64,000 bases of DNA. Source: Octopus bimaculoides. Lineage: Eukaryota. Under the pieces are notes generated by a model that was not told the origin of the DNA, ran no database searches, and saw nothing but the letters and a program-made list of their open reading frames with translations. This document shows positions 1-13,319 of this stretch, piece by piece. The translations under genes and the position numbers were made by a program. The stretch lies in contig NC_068990.1 in the NCBI RefSeq assembly GCF_001194135.2, positions 53,155,713-53,219,712 of the forward strand, given 5' to 3'. The stretch's first letter is position 1, and every line of letters begins with the position of its first letter.

Positions 1-21
1 CACACACACGCACACAGAATA

Positions 22-63
<42 letters not shown>

Positions 64-164
64 TGAGTTCAATTAGAGGTTATAAAAACCATCTAGGATA
101 TTTGTATCCAATGAATTACTGGTGTTATATATGTATATATGTATATATACATGCACATACACTA

Positions 165-456
165 TGCTGAGACCCCCTTCATTCATGACTGACCATAGGA
201 TTGCACCAAGAAAGTTACCCTCCCAGGTACAAGTCCAGGCAAGGTTGTTTATGGAAGACCAGCAGTTGCCCATGCATACTGGCTTCCCTGATACAGCTTG
301 ACACCTGTGACGTCACAACTCATTTCTACAGCTGAGTGAACTGGAGCAATGTGGTGTCTTGCTCAAGAATACAACACACAGCCTGGCCCGGGATTTGAAC
401 TCACAGCCTCACGATCGTAAGCTCGACGCTCTGACCACTGAGCCATGTGCCTTCAC
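165..456 (-). mobile_element. tRNA-derived SINE, family A
   Basis: Minus-strand head GTGAAGGCACATGGCTCAGTGGT (A box) ...GAGTTCAAATCCC (B box). Related heads at 12490-12805 (-), 32220-32460 (+) and 37460-37620 (-). Confidence 0.75.
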
Positions 457-483
457 ACATACACTAATATACATATATTATCT

Positions 484-641
484 TAGGAGTAACTGTGTGG
501 TAAGTAGCTTGTTTACCAACCACATCCTTCCAGGTTCAGTCCTACTGCGTGGCACCTTGGGCAAGTGTCTTCTACTATAGCCTCAGGCCAACCAAAGCCT
601 TGTGAGTGGATTTGAAAGATGGAAACTGAAAGAAGCCCGTC

Positions 642-681
<40 letters not shown>

Positions 682-841
682 CCTCCCACCATCGCTTGAC
701 GACCGAATGCTGGTGTGTTTACATCCCCGGAACTTAGCGGTTTGTCAAATGAGTTCGTTAGAATAAGTACTAGGCTTACGAAGAATAAGTCCTGGGGTTG
801 GTTTGTTTGACTAAAGATGGTACTTCACCATGGCTGCTGTC
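484..841 (+). mobile_element. tRNA-derived SINE, family B (runs into gap)
   Basis: Head ...GTGTGGTAAGTAGCTTG...GGTTCAGTCC, internal (TG)n, body shared with the 16163-16571 copy. Confidence 0.8.
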
Positions 842-1789
842 NNNNNNNNNNNNNNNNNNNNNNNNNNNNNNNNNNNNNNNNNNNNNNNNNNNNNNNNNNN
901 NNNNNNNNNNNNNNNNNNNNNNNNNNNNNNNNNNNNNNNNNNNNNNNNNNNNNNNNNNNNNNNNNNNNNNNNNNNNNNNNNNNNNNNNNNNNNNNNNNNN
1001 NNNNNNNNNNNNNNNNNNNNNNNNNNNNNNNNNNNNNNNNNNNNNNNNNNNNNNNNNNNNNNNNNNNNNNNNNNNNNNNNNNNNNNNNNNNNNNNNNNNN
1101 NNNNNNNNNNNNNNNNNNNNNNNNNNNNNNNNNNNNNNNNNNNNNNNNNNNNNNNNNNNNNNNNNNNNNNNNNNNNNNNNNNNNNNNNNNNNNNNNNNNN
1201 NNNNNNNNNNNNNNNNNNNNNNNNNNNNNNNNNNNNNNNNNNNNNNNNNNNNNNNNNNNNNNNNNNNNNNNNNNNNNNNNNNNNNNNNNNNNNNNNNNNN
1301 NNNNNNNNNNNNNNNNNNNNNNNNNNNNNNNNNNNNNNNNNNNNNNNNNNNNNNNNNNNNNNNNNNNNNNNNNNNNNNNNNNNNNNNNNNNNNNNNNNNN
1401 NNNNNNNNNNNNNNNNNNNNNNNNNNNNNNNNNNNNNNNNNNNNNNNNNNNNNNNNNNNNNNNNNNNNNNNNNNNNNNNNNNNNNNNNNNNNNNNNNNNN
1501 NNNNNNNNNNNNNNNNNNNNNNNNNNNNNNNNNNNNNNNNNNNNNNNNNNNNNNNNNNNNNNNNNNNNNNNNNNNNNNNNNNNNNNNNNNNNNNNNNNNN
1601 NNNNNNNNNNNNNNNNNNNNNNNNNNNNNNNNNNNNNNNNNNNNNNNNNNNNNNNNNNNNNNNNNNNNNNNNNNNNNNNNNNNNNNNNNNNNNNNNNNNN
1701 NNNNNNNNNNNNNNNNNNNNNNNNNNNNNNNNNNNNNNNNNNNNNNNNNNNNNNNNNNNNNNNNNNNNNNNNNNNNNNNNNNNNNNNNN

Positions 1790-2056
1790 AGCTGGCCAGA
1801 AGCATGCCTCTCTGCTATTTTTATCTCTCCTGATTAACGTTTGCCACATGTATCCAATCAAAAGTTGGGGGATGCCTGCTGCTGCTGATGTTGTCAATGA
1901 TGATGATGATGATGCTTTCCTGCCTCCTCTAATAGTGAAACAAATAGATGGCAGTTCCTTCACTCCTTGTTATTCTCTTGACACTCCTCACAGCTGCTTC
2001 TGTGAGGGAAGGGGGAGAGAGAGGAAGAGTGAGAGAGAGAGAGAGAGAGGAAGAGT

Positions 2057-2097
<41 letters not shown>

Positions 2098-3154
2098 GGT
2101 TGAAGAGAGGAAGTGAGAGAATTGGGGGTGGGATTGGTTTGTGGAGTGGGGTGTTATCAACCTAGATTAAGGCCAGCTAGTATATACATTCCTGTTGAAA
2201 TGCTCAGTGTGAGCAGACACAGAGAGCAAGCAGCTCTGTAGTGGCTCCTGTAGTGGTCTAGAAGAAGCTAGACAGATAGCTGTCCAGGGTCTGTCTCTCT
2301 CACACACACATACATACACACACACACACATAAACCCATCTGTACTCACACATACATAATCTTATTAATTTATCTTTCTCATTATCCTAGTTAGTGGGGT
2401 GATTCCTCTATTGCTGTTTAGAATTGTCAACATTACACTTTAGCATGAAGCAGTAAGAAGCTGCAACAAAGCATTTATATCTAAAGCTTTCAACTCTAAA
2501 ACCTCACAAATTAAACTGATTTATTTTTAAACTTGTTAAATTTTCTATTCAAAAACATTAGGTGCATTACACGTTGTGCTTCCTTCTAAGCTAGGGTAAC
2601 TTATTTACTTCTGGGTTTCTGTTTAATGAATTTTTCTTCCTATTTACACTAATGATGATGATGACAATGATGGAAAATTACTTTTATTGACTGTGTCTGG
2701 GGCCAGAAAACCAATTTACCACAGCAACTGCTACAACCCTTAATACCACTGAACATTGTCTGGAGGAATTTTCTGACCAGTGACCAGCAACCAAGTAGTC
2801 CAACCAGCCTGTGATCCAACTATTACCAGCCGGTTTATTAAAAGCTTGGCTATATATTATCCTCTCATCTCTTCTCTACTACTGCTAATGCAAAAAGAAC
2901 AATGGCCACTTCAACTGTATTTATTCATTATTATTTTTATTATTACCATTATTCTTGACCAATACACACTACTAAGTTAGAATTCAGTGATTATGATCAG
3001 CTGTTTCTCTCTAACTTCCTGCTGGCCACATATTTTGGTTGACCAGTTTTAAAAACAACTGTTGGTGACATTTTTACCTGTGATTTGTATATGTTTATAT
3101 ATAAATATATATATATATATACACATACATATAAATATATTTTAAAGTATCGTG
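1790..3154 (+). promoter_or_regulatory. Putative promoter / 5' UTR region of MRTF
   Basis: No recognisable SINE or transposon, relatively GC-rich blocks, long (GA)n at about 2010-2095 followed by G-tracts (2125-2150), upstream of the candidate first coding exon. TSS cannot be located. Confidence 0.3.
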
Positions 3155-3191
3155 ATGGCTTGCCTTGTTCAGAAATCCTCTTCTGGAGTGG
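3155..3191 (+). CDS. MRTF: Candidate first coding exon of the MRTF gene (MACLVQKSSSGV + G)
   Basis: ATG in good context (gtgATGG), 12 open codons plus 1 nt, then a perfect GTAAGT donor at 3192. The phase-1 end joins the phase-1 acceptor at 39336 (G+AA = Glu), giving MACLVQKSSSGVESSSSSNW. No homology evidence for this peptide. Confidence 0.45.
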
Positions 3192-3424
3192 GTAAGTTTT
3201 TGTGTGGCTGTCTGTTCTATTGTTCAAGTGATTTGTAAACATTTTTTGTAATAAGTTGTTCTTTAAACTCTTCTTGGAGTATTGGGCAGTATAAGCTAAG
3301 ATAAAAGCAAAGAAAAAATAAGCAAAAACAAAAAGTTCAGTGCAAAGAATAAAAAAAAAAAAAATGTTTGAGGAAGACTATTATTNNNNNNNNNNCTTCA
3401 ATTGTAATATTTTACTTATTAGTG

Positions 3425-3630
3425 TGACAAGCTGGCTGAATTGCTAGCACACTGGACAAAATGCTTTTCAGCCTTTCTTGCAACATTATGTTCTAAGTTA
3501 AAATTCTGCCAAACTCTGCTTTGCCTTTCATCCTTCCAGGGTCAATTAATAAGTATCAGTTGAACATTGGGGTAGTTATAATCAGGTAGCTCCCCTCCCC
3601 CAACATTTCAGACCTTGTGCCTGTAATAGA
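3425..3630 (+). mobile_element. tRNA-derived SINE, family C
   Basis: gctggctgaattgctagcac...ctttgcctttcatccttc...aagtatcagt core, shared with at least 15 other copies in the window. Confidence 0.7.
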
Positions 3631-4146
3631 AAGAACTATTTTACTTTTGAGTATATTTAACAATCTTTTCATAAAGAATAAAGAAATCTGTTTCTAGTGA
3701 AAGCAGTGAGGTGCCAAATTGGATAGTGTTAAGAAACATTATGGGAGAGAGGATATAACCAAGGCAGTCAATACAGACCAATGTCCTGTCAATAGGTATT
3801 ATGTTGCGTGAATCTAGTTTCTTCATGAAAGCAAACTACAACTATCATAGAACGTGCTGTTGTTATGTTTTCTTGGGGTAGGCTGTATGTATTATTGCTG
3901 TCTGTATTTCTTCATCAGCTGGTTGAACGGATTAAATTTCTGCTCCCTTAACTGAAGGATGTGTGCAAGCTTATACAAACACTTGTATATACACTGTTGT
4001 AGCCACACTATTGCTAGTTGTATTCACATCTACAACAGAAGTTCCTTCTCTGCTGCTATATCTTTCACATAACTTCTAAAAAATCTCTGCTGCTATATTC
4101 TGCACTTACCCAATAAATCCATGTACATACAAATATATATATATAA

Positions 4147-4202
<56 letters not shown>

Positions 4203-4265
4203 NNNNNNNNNNNNNNNNNNNNNNNNNNNNNNNNNNNNNNNNNNNNNNNNNNNNNNNNNNNNNNN

Positions 4266-4328
<63 letters not shown>

Positions 4329-5092
4329 AATATATATAATCATTTACAACAATCTTTTGTTATAGGTTGTCTTTATTTTAGAATTAACAATAAGCCTTAG
4401 GTTTATGTTGTAGGAGAAAGTGCTGCTGCTGTCGTTACTACTACTACTACTACTACTACTGAGTGTAGTTGTTTATTTCCCTCAAGGGTACTCTGCATCA
4501 AAATTTATTAGTTTTGCTGGAGAAACATCATTATCTCCAACCCTGCCATGCCCTACCAGCCACCAGAAGAGTGTTTATCTTTTTATGTTAGGGTCACTTA
4601 AAGCAGTTGATTATAAATAATCATAATTTAGATGGGAGATGGTGGTTGAAACATGCTTGCAAGTAAGTAGGATAATTGCCAAATGTTTTGTGTGTATTTA
4701 TGATTTAGAATTAAATTTATTAGCCCAACAAATTCAATTTATTTTATATCATCTTTTTTAATTTCTTTTTTTTTTTGTCATTAATGAATCATCAAATTAA
4801 ATAACTGCAACTTTCTTAAAAGTTTTTATTTTAAACACTGAATACTTGTGATATCAATTATATTCTGTAAAATTAGTGTAGGTTTTTATGGGTATGTGTG
4901 TGAGAGAAAGTGTATGTGTGTATTTTCTTACTGGCGTTTGTTATTGAACTGTCACCATTTCACAGAACAGCTGATTATTTTAACCCCAGATTAGTTATTA
5001 TATATTTTATCAACTATGAAAGGTTGAATTGGAACAATTGCACCAGATAGGGTTTGAATTAAGAACCTACAAGGATATGACTAAATATTGGT

Positions 5093-5290
5093 TTCAAATT
5101 TTGGTACAAGGTCAGCAGGTTTGTGGAGGGGTTAAGCCAATTACATCGACCCTCAGTATTCAGCTGGTACTTATTTTATCAACCCTGAAAGGATGAAAGG
5201 CAAAGTTAACCTCACAGGAATTTGAACTCAGAATGCACAGACAGTTGAAATGCCACTAAGCATTTTGCCTGGTGCCAGCTTGCTGCCTTG
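5093..5290 (-). mobile_element. SINE family C
   Basis: Reverse complement of the family C core (ggtacttattttatcaaccctgaaaggatgaaaggcaaagt...gaatttgaactcag). Confidence 0.75.
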
Positions 5291-6049
5291 ACATGATTAA
5301 ATGTTACAAGATATTTTGTCAAATTCTGCTGGATTATCCCTGGTATTAGAAGAATTATTGTTTTCTATAGCAATATGCAAATCAGAGACAATTCTTCCTC
5401 ATCATAGAAAAGTTAATTGCCAAAGGTAACTTTCTGCTCTCCCCCCCACATCATCTTCAAGTTTGAAGGAAGCAGCTCTATGTAGTCACTTGATAGTTCC
5501 TTAAAACCACATCTTACCATCTTACAGACAAACCATATAATCTATTTCTAAAATGATGGTGTGGTCACAGTTGGAATGCCTTTGATCATAGGTTTGTTGG
5601 TCATTAGGGTTGACTTGGAGCTGAATGATCACTGAGTTGACAGTTGGAATTGTTTATTGAAGACAACAAAAAAGATCCATCTGTCTGCAAACTCATTGCA
5701 GCATGAAATGAACACACTTGAACATGCACACGTGTACACTACCCCCCCCCCCCCAACAATTTGATCCCAACATTACATTAATACTTTCTACATGGTCCAC
5801 CCATCAGCACGTTGGTTGGAAACCATGAAAGATGAATCCCAGTTTTGTTTGTAAAAGAAAGGAGCAAAACAGTTTGGTTCTTGATAAGCTTAATGAGTTT
5901 TCCTTTTTCTAAATAACAACCAGTAAAATAAGAATAAAAAGATAAATAGGAGCAAAAAAAGTTTCCCTTCTCCAAAAATAACCATTTAAATTGAATTGAA
6001 AGTTCATTTTATGATGAATCTCTTAGTTATTATTATTGTTTAACACCAG

Positions 6050-6188
6050 CAGAGATTATCTCTCTGTCCATCTATCTATTTGTTTGCCTGTTTGTCTGTC
6101 CATCCATCCATCTGCCAGTCTGTCTGTTTGTCCATCTGTCAATCTATCTGTCCATGTCTGTCTGTCTATCTGTCTGTCTGTCTATCTG

Positions 6189-6277
<89 letters not shown>

Positions 6278-6537
6278 ATAGCTATCTGTCTGTCTATCTT
6301 TCTTCCCATTCATCTATCTATGGGTCTGTGTAATCTGTCTGCTTATCTGTCCATCCATCTATCTGTCTGCCTATCTATGTCTATCTGCCTGCCTGCCTAC
6401 CTGCCTGCCTGCCTGTCTGTCTGCCTGTCTAGCTGTCTATGTGTCTAGCTGTCTATCTATCAGTCTGTCTGTCTTTCTATGTCTATCTATCTAGCCATCC
6501 ATCTGTCTATCTGTCTGTCTGCCTGCCTGCCTGCCTC

Positions 6538-6585
<48 letters not shown>

Positions 6586-6725
6586 CTTTTCTATCTCTCT
6601 CTCTATCTATCTGTCTGCCTGTCTATCTATTCATCTATTTACCTACCTACCTCTCTGTCTGTCTGTCTGTCTGTCCGTCCTTCTATCTGTTTGTCTGTCT
6701 ATCTATCTATCTATCTATCTATTTA
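6050..6725. repeat. Compound tetranucleotide microsatellite (TCTA)n/(TCTG)n/(CCTG)n/(TCCA)n
   Basis: About 670 bp of interleaved 4-mer arrays read directly from the sequence. Confidence 0.95.
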
Positions 6726-7052
6726 TCGCCTGCTTTCTTTTTCTCTTCCTTCTCCCCAAATCTATTTGTTGTTTAGCTTCATGTTAGTACTGGTAAAGGT
6801 AACCTGTAGGGAGTTATTCTCATTGTGACCATCCTGTCTTATTTTCAGACAATATATGTAGGACCACAAGTTGTCTCTATATTGTGATTGTGGCAGTAGA
6901 GTAAGTGGTCCCTGTATTATGGTTGTAGTTGTAGTGAATATGGCTCTTATACTATGTTTTTGGCAGGTTTGTTATACTTCACAGCACCTGGTCCTTGTGT
7001 TCTTTTAGCAGAATTCTCTTTGTTGTGAACTTTTGGCCCAAACTTCCCCATA

Positions 7053-8907
7053 GCACATTGTACCCAGATTGGCTAATTCAGGAAAAAAGAATTGTATCTT
7101 GGGTTAAAATAATCACTTGATAGAGGTTGAGGGCTCGTTTGAACCACAATTTTAAGGGCTGGCAGCTGGAACCAAAATTATTTGTTTTTTCTTTGTTTAT
7201 GGGTGTCTGGGTTCAAATAACCAAATCAAGGCATATCAACCAAAATTGCTTTTTCGGTGTATTGCAGTTAAAAATGATTATCTGCAAGATCTCACCAGCT
7301 TTCAATCAAGGATAACATCCATGACATTTCTAGCAGAATGTCCATCATGTTGCATCCAGCAACTGCTTTGAAACATCTCAACCCAAGTTGTTCTGTTTGT
7401 GGTGATGTTGGTCACACAGCTTGTTCTTCAAAACATAAGGTGCCTACTTCGACAGAAGTACAATCAAGCATCGAATCACTATATTACTGACTGCTCCATG
7501 TTATGCATATTTATTGTTTGGTATTTGTTGTGAATAATAAGTGATCGCTTTTCACAATTCAGTGCAAATGATTCTGATTTTCTTTGTCAATCATAGGAGT
7601 GTGGGGTTTATTGTATGTTTTCCTTTTTTCGGGTGGGGGTAGACGATGGTAAAGTTTCAATCCAGGGATTTGTTGGGAATATTTTCTTTTTGTTATTTCG
7701 TGTTTTGACCATTCTTCAATTTTGGTGTAAGCAAGGCAAACTCCTCCAAGCTGGAATTTGACCTTCCTAATCAGATTTTTACCCCATGAAATAGGTTAGA
7801 TACTAAAAAAAGTGCATTTAAGATCAATTATTTCAAGAAATTTATGATGTTTTGAGTCCATTTTATGTTTCCTGTTTTTATACTTGTTTAATCACTTTGG
7901 GGATCAATAACTACCGATTTTACCCAATTTTGGTTGGTTTTGATGTTTGGTACCCAAATTGGAATTATAGTATCTGTGTGGCCTTTTAACGCCTTTGAAC
8001 TGATTTTTTTTCCACAGTTTACATAAAATGTTGAGGATGTCAATTATGTTGGCCCATAATATGTCAAAATTTGTCATTTAAAAAAAAATTTATCAAGTTT
8101 GAAGGGTTTTACCAAAAATTTGGATATCTTTTTTTTTTACTTTTTTTTACTGTACTTGTTTCAGTCATATGACTGCAGCCATGCTGGAGCACTGCCTTTA
8201 GTCGAGCAAATCGACCCGGGACTTATNNNNNNNNNNNNNNNNNNNNNNNNNNNNNNNNNNNNNNNNNNNNNNNNNNNNNNNNNNNNNNNNNNNNNNNNNN
8301 NNNNNNNNNNNNNNNNNNNNNNNNNNNNNNNNNNNNNNNNNNNNNNNNNNNNNNNNNNNNNNNNNNNNNNNNNNNNNNNNNNNNNNNNNNNNNNNNNNNN
8401 NNNNNNNNNNNNNNNNNNNNNNNNNNNNNNNNNNNNNNNNNNNNNNCAAGGCTTTGGTCAGCCCGAGGCTATAATAAACACTTGCCCAAGATGCCACACA
8501 GTGGGACTGAACCCGGAACCATGTGGTTGGTAAGCAATCTACTTACCACACAGCCACAAAAACTAAAATTTTTCATGCATTCCCTATTTTCTCAAATTTC
8601 TCAAATTTATGTTGGCCTATGCACTCTACGCTGTAGCTTGACTGAAAGAGAATAAAAAATGCTTCTACATAAGTTCAAACAAAGGTTAAAGAAAATATGT
8701 TCAATTTTATATTAAAAAAAAAAAAAAAAGTAAATTTTGTTAAATTCGCTAACTTTAAAGAGCTATGAAAATTGAACCGTACATTATTTTAAGCTCAAGT
8801 TTTTTGCTTTGTAATCTCTTGGGTTTAGAGAACCAGAAAATATGCATTTTAAAAATCTGGGGGAAACTTCCAAAACTGATAGATTCCCTACTCTGGGCAC
8901 AATGTGC
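7053..8907. mobile_element. Non-autonomous DNA transposon with 16-bp TIRs (GCACATTGTRCCCAGA)
   Basis: Left GCACATTGTACCCAGA (7053-7068); right TCTGGGCACAATGTGC (8892-8907); 15/16 match. Contains a nested SINE B. No clear TSD and no recognisable transposase. Confidence 0.55.
8150..8557 (-). mobile_element. SINE family B (spans gap), nested in TIR element
   Basis: Reverse complement of family B 3' end (cttgtttcagtcatatgactgcagccatgctggagc) and head (gaaccatgtggttggtaagcaatctacttaccacacagccac). Confidence 0.8.
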
Positions 8908-9048
8908 ACCACAGATGCTTTGCAGACTGATTAACCTGTAAAATATTCAGGCTGGAAATATGTGCATCAGCTTGATCAGCTGGGAATGTTCACTAAGTTC
9001 CTGAGCTATACCCTTTATTTCCTAAGCTATTGATGAATTTTCACACAT

Positions 9049-9095
<47 letters not shown>

Positions 9096-9769
9096 CACGC
9101 ACGTGCACACATGCGCGCACACACACGTTGAAGAACTAACACTATTTCGACCTTGTAATGAAGTATCAGGGAAATCCAAAGATTGATTTAGAGCAAAGTA
9201 GAAAAATGTTTTTAATAATTCTTCTTGAAATAAGGTTGTTTACCTGTATCCCCCCACTTCCTACTCCCAGCAAGGTATTTTCTATAATTATGCAGTTTAA
9301 NNNNNNNNNNNNNNNNNNNNNNNNNNNNNNNNNNNNNNNNNNNNNNNNNNNNNNNNNNNNNNNNNNNNNNNNNNNNNNNNNNNNNNNNNNNNNNNNNNNN
9401 NNNNNNNNNNNNNNNNNNNNNNNNNNNNNNNNNNNNNNNNNNNNNNNNNNNNNNNNNNNNNNNNNNNNNNNNATATAGGACAATATAAATATTAGAGCAG
9501 TGGATAAAACACCATTAGGTGTTTACTTACATCCCTTTATTTTCTGTGATTGACTCTTTTCATTACCAAATGAATAAGTACCAATCATGTATCAGAGTAA
9601 ATTTGACCACACTCCTCTCCCAATGTCCACAGCCTTTTTTTTTTTTTTTGCATTACATATCATTATGATTCATTGGTAGATGTGTTAGAGTATCAAAGAA
9701 AAAAAAAAGTGTTGTGCTATTTAGTTATGGTACTTCATGTTCTGTGTTTAAATACTGTAGAAGTCAACT

Positions 9770-10330
9770 ATGCCTTTCATCCTTTGACAGTCAATAAAAT
9801 ACAGCTCCAGTGAAGTAGCAGGGTTCATGTAATTGACTAACTTCCTCTCCCTCCTAGATTGCTGGTCTTTATCAAAATTTGAAACCATTATTGGCTGGCA
9901 GAACCATGAGTATACCGGGTAAAATGCTCAACAGCATTTCATTTGTCACAATGTTCTGAGTTCAAATTCCACCAAAGTTGATTTTCATGTGATTAAATAA
10001 ATACCAGTTCAGTACTGGGGTTGATGTAGTCAACTCATTCCCTTCCTCAAACATGCTGACTTTGGAGCAAAATTTGAAATCATCATCATCATTATTGTTA
10101 TTATTATCATTATTATTAAGGAGGCAAGCTGGCAGAATTGTTAGCATGCCATATGAAATGCTTAGCAATATTTCACCTGTCGCTATGTTCTAAGTTCAAA
10201 TTCCGCCAAGGTTGACTTTGCCTTTCATCCTTTCGGGGTTGATAAAATAAGTACCAGTTAAATATTAGGGTCAATGTAATTGACTCATCCTCTCCCCCAA
10301 AATAGCTGTCCTTGTAGCAAAATTTGAAAC
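9770..10330 (+). mobile_element. Three tandem SINE family C copies separated by (ATT/ATC)n
   Basis: Repeated cores ending caaaatttgaaa; heads ggctggcagaa at about 9893 and 10125. Confidence 0.75.
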
Positions 10331-11504
10331 GATTATTATTATTATTATTTGAAGTTTGGCAGAATAGGCTGATCACAAAGACTGATGGCTTAGAATAGTT
10401 TACCTTTTATCTGATTGAGGGTTTATAAATAAGCACAAGTAGTGTATTGACCAGCATGGTTGCATAAAACCAATTTCCTAGTAAGTCTAATTTGTTTAGA
10501 ATCATTTCACTTCATATTTATTGGTCAACTTGTGTTGAAGGCATGAATGTTGCCTATTCTTTAATTTCATTGTTGTCAAACTAAAGATTTGAATATCTTT
10601 TATGTTGGAGGAAACTGTTTGCTGTAGTAAATAAATAGTGTTGTAATTTTCAAGGTAATTAACCAATTAATTGTGCTGTTATCTCCTATGTATCACATAA
10701 TTAGAATTATTCCACACCCACTAATTACTGTTAAATTGGTTTCTAAAAGCATTAGATGACCACCACAGTTTATTTTCTTTTCAGCTCCTCACTGGAATTT
10801 TGATAATTGTAACTTAATGTAAGCTGTGCTGATAGTTTTGTGAAATGGATGCTGTGTACAAGTGGGGACATAATGGGATGCAGTGTGAGTGAGGGCATAA
10901 TGTGTTGTGTGACTGTGATAAAAGAAGAAAAAGTAAATATAATGAAGTACAATTTCTTAGCATTTTGAGTTTCTTATAAAATCCTTTGGTATATTTTGAT
11001 GAAGTTAGCTGTTTGTGAGGGTGTACAAATATATATAAGCCTGTGTGTATGTATGAGCCTGTGTGTGTGTATATATTTATTAATGAAAATATTTTCAGAG
11101 AAATTTGTAAATAAATTGATAATTGAAATTACAGATAGATAGGAAGAGAGGTAAATAAACCTTCAATTACTTGGGTTTTTAGTAGCTATGTTTAGGCTAT
11201 ACAGAACTCTGTCATGGCTGATAGACTGATTGTTCTGTTAGCATAGCACCAACTGATAGACTGCTTTTTTTTTCATTTTAATAGTTGAACTAGTTTATTT
11301 TTCTAGCTGGTAATAGTGTCTAAGGAATTGGTTGCTCTTAGCCAGAGTGAGTCTCTATGTATATTTATCTCCACAGTTAGACATGTCTACTCCTCATGGC
11401 ACATGAAAAGACTCCACTTTGTAAACTTTATTCAACTGATATTTGTACTACATAGACAACACATTGGCTCCTTCATATCCTAACCTTTTTACTCATTATT
11501 ATTA

Positions 11505-12068
11505 TTGAGAGAGAGCAGCACAGCCCATGCCATCAAAGTAACACTGGGGTAAAAATGTATGAGGCCAAATATACTCATCATGACTACTTGTTTGATAAGG
11601 GTATACCAGGCACATGCATCACAACCATATGTGTATGACATGGTGATCTCATCTCAAGATAAACAGTACATGACCTTGCAGGTAGGTCCCAGTCAGAATT
11701 TTCTTCAAGTTGAGCAACCCATCCTGCTCAAAAGTCCTCGAATGGGGTTTGTTTCAGGATGATGAATGAAACACCCATGTTTCCAGAGGTGAATTATTCA
11801 AACTCCAAAGAATTCCTCTCAATACATGGTTATGATGCTTCCCTCACTACTCCTGTTCATGATTAGAGATGCACATATCATCTGCCACTTAGGGACATGC
11901 TCAACTTGTTATGGTCAAGCAACTGACAAGCAAATCTGTGGTATTGAGCAGAATATTTGCTGTAGCCCACCTTTTATACCAAGACAAAACATGTACATGA
12001 TAACACTTCCAATCAGTTAAGATCAAAAGCCATGAGAGCCACTGCTTGGTGTTGCATCAGGGCATTTA
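11505..12068 (-). mobile_element. Unclassified interspersed repeat (family D), about 560 bp, flanked by trinucleotide microsatellite
   Basis: Near-collinear copy at 25890-26330 and inverted partial copy at 18432-18556; no coding signature. Confidence 0.7.
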
Positions 12069-13319
12069 TTGTTGTTGTTGTCATCAATAATATTAATACG
12101 CTTAGTTTTGTTTGTTTTTGTATGTACCTGTCATGTGTATCACACTTACTCCAAAGGAAGAAGTGAGTGGCAAGGTGAGAGAGAGGAGGACAGAGGAAGT
12201 AAGTGAGAGAAAAAGAGACAGTGAATGGTGACAGCATTCGTTTTGTGTTTTTAAATGTTTCAGAGAAGTAAGAGACAGTGAATGGTGACAGTGTTCATTT
12301 TGTGTTTTTAAATGTTTATCACATCGCAAGAAAAATAGATACATAGATCCAAAGGAAAGTTGATACATAATTACATACATACAGCAAATATTGGTTGTCA
12401 CTTTCACTTTTGTTTATATTAAATACAGGACATTTTTGCCTTAGGATATGGAACACTTCCTTTTCTCTCTTTTTAAAAAAATAGCACTCTGTCGGTTACG
12501 ACAACAAGTTTCCTGTGTATCTGATCAACGGAACAATCTGCTTGTAAAATTAACACACAAATGGCTGAGTACTCCACAGACATGCATACCATAGTGTAGT
12601 TCTCTGGGATATTCAGCCCACACACAATGTGACAAGGCTGGCCCCTTTGAATTACAGCTACAACTCATTTTTGTCAGCGGAGTGGACTGCAGCAAGATCA
12701 AGTAGAGTACCTTGCTCAAAAACACAGTGTGCTGCAGGGAACTGTACTCATGACTTCATGATTGTGGGCTGAATACCCCTAACTACTGAGCCATGCACCT
12801 TCACTCTCTTAACCAAAGAGAAAAAAAGTGAAGCGATAGAGTCAGAGAAAGGAAAGCCTCAATCATTTACAATGACAATTAGACTGAAATGCGATTGATC
12901 TTTTCTAGCTTTTTTACTTTTAACAATGAAAAAGAGGGAAAGTCTTTGAAGTGTTTACACTTTTATTCTGTGAATTCTAGAACAATCGAGTGTTAGTTCT
13001 CTCTTCTTTCCCCTACTCTTGGTACTTATTCACCTTCTTTCATAGTTCTTCATGTCTTTTAGTTGGCCGGGGGGGGGGGGGAACTATGTTTTTTTTCAGG
13101 CATGTTTAACGTTTTCTCTACAAACTACAAACAAGCCCTCCTCCCCATTTTTTTTTCATGCAAAAACTNNNNNNNNNNNNNNAAAAACTAATGCAAATTT
13201 CAAACGGGGTACAGCTGTGAAAAGAGCCTAGAAATTTGAGTAATACCTCTTACAAAATGGGTGGGGGAGAAAAGTTGCCAACAAGTAGCTACATGAAATT
13301 CAACTCTATACTTTAAAGA

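Noticed and set aside
776-2165. Long ORFs (326-455 aa) in the ORF track, also at 8099, 9158, 40021 and 61436
   Set aside because: They are open only because they run through N gaps.
6036-6828. ORFs such as poly-(LSIY), and poly-N/L/I/Y/CV ORFs elsewhere
   Set aside because: Translations of microsatellites.
7395-7435. CSVCGDVGHTAC zinc-knuckle-like peptide in the TIR element
   Set aside because: Short, non-canonical spacing, flanked by stops, no other transposase motifs.
7924-7933. Perfect CArG box CCAATTTTGG (possible SRF/MRTF autoregulation)
   Set aside because: It lies inside a transposon, and several such 10-mers are expected by chance in 64 kb of AT-rich DNA.
12213-12317. 57-bp-period tandem duplication; similar 29-bp-period repeat at about 16055-16120
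   Set aside because: Ordinary slippage or duplication with no functional signature.
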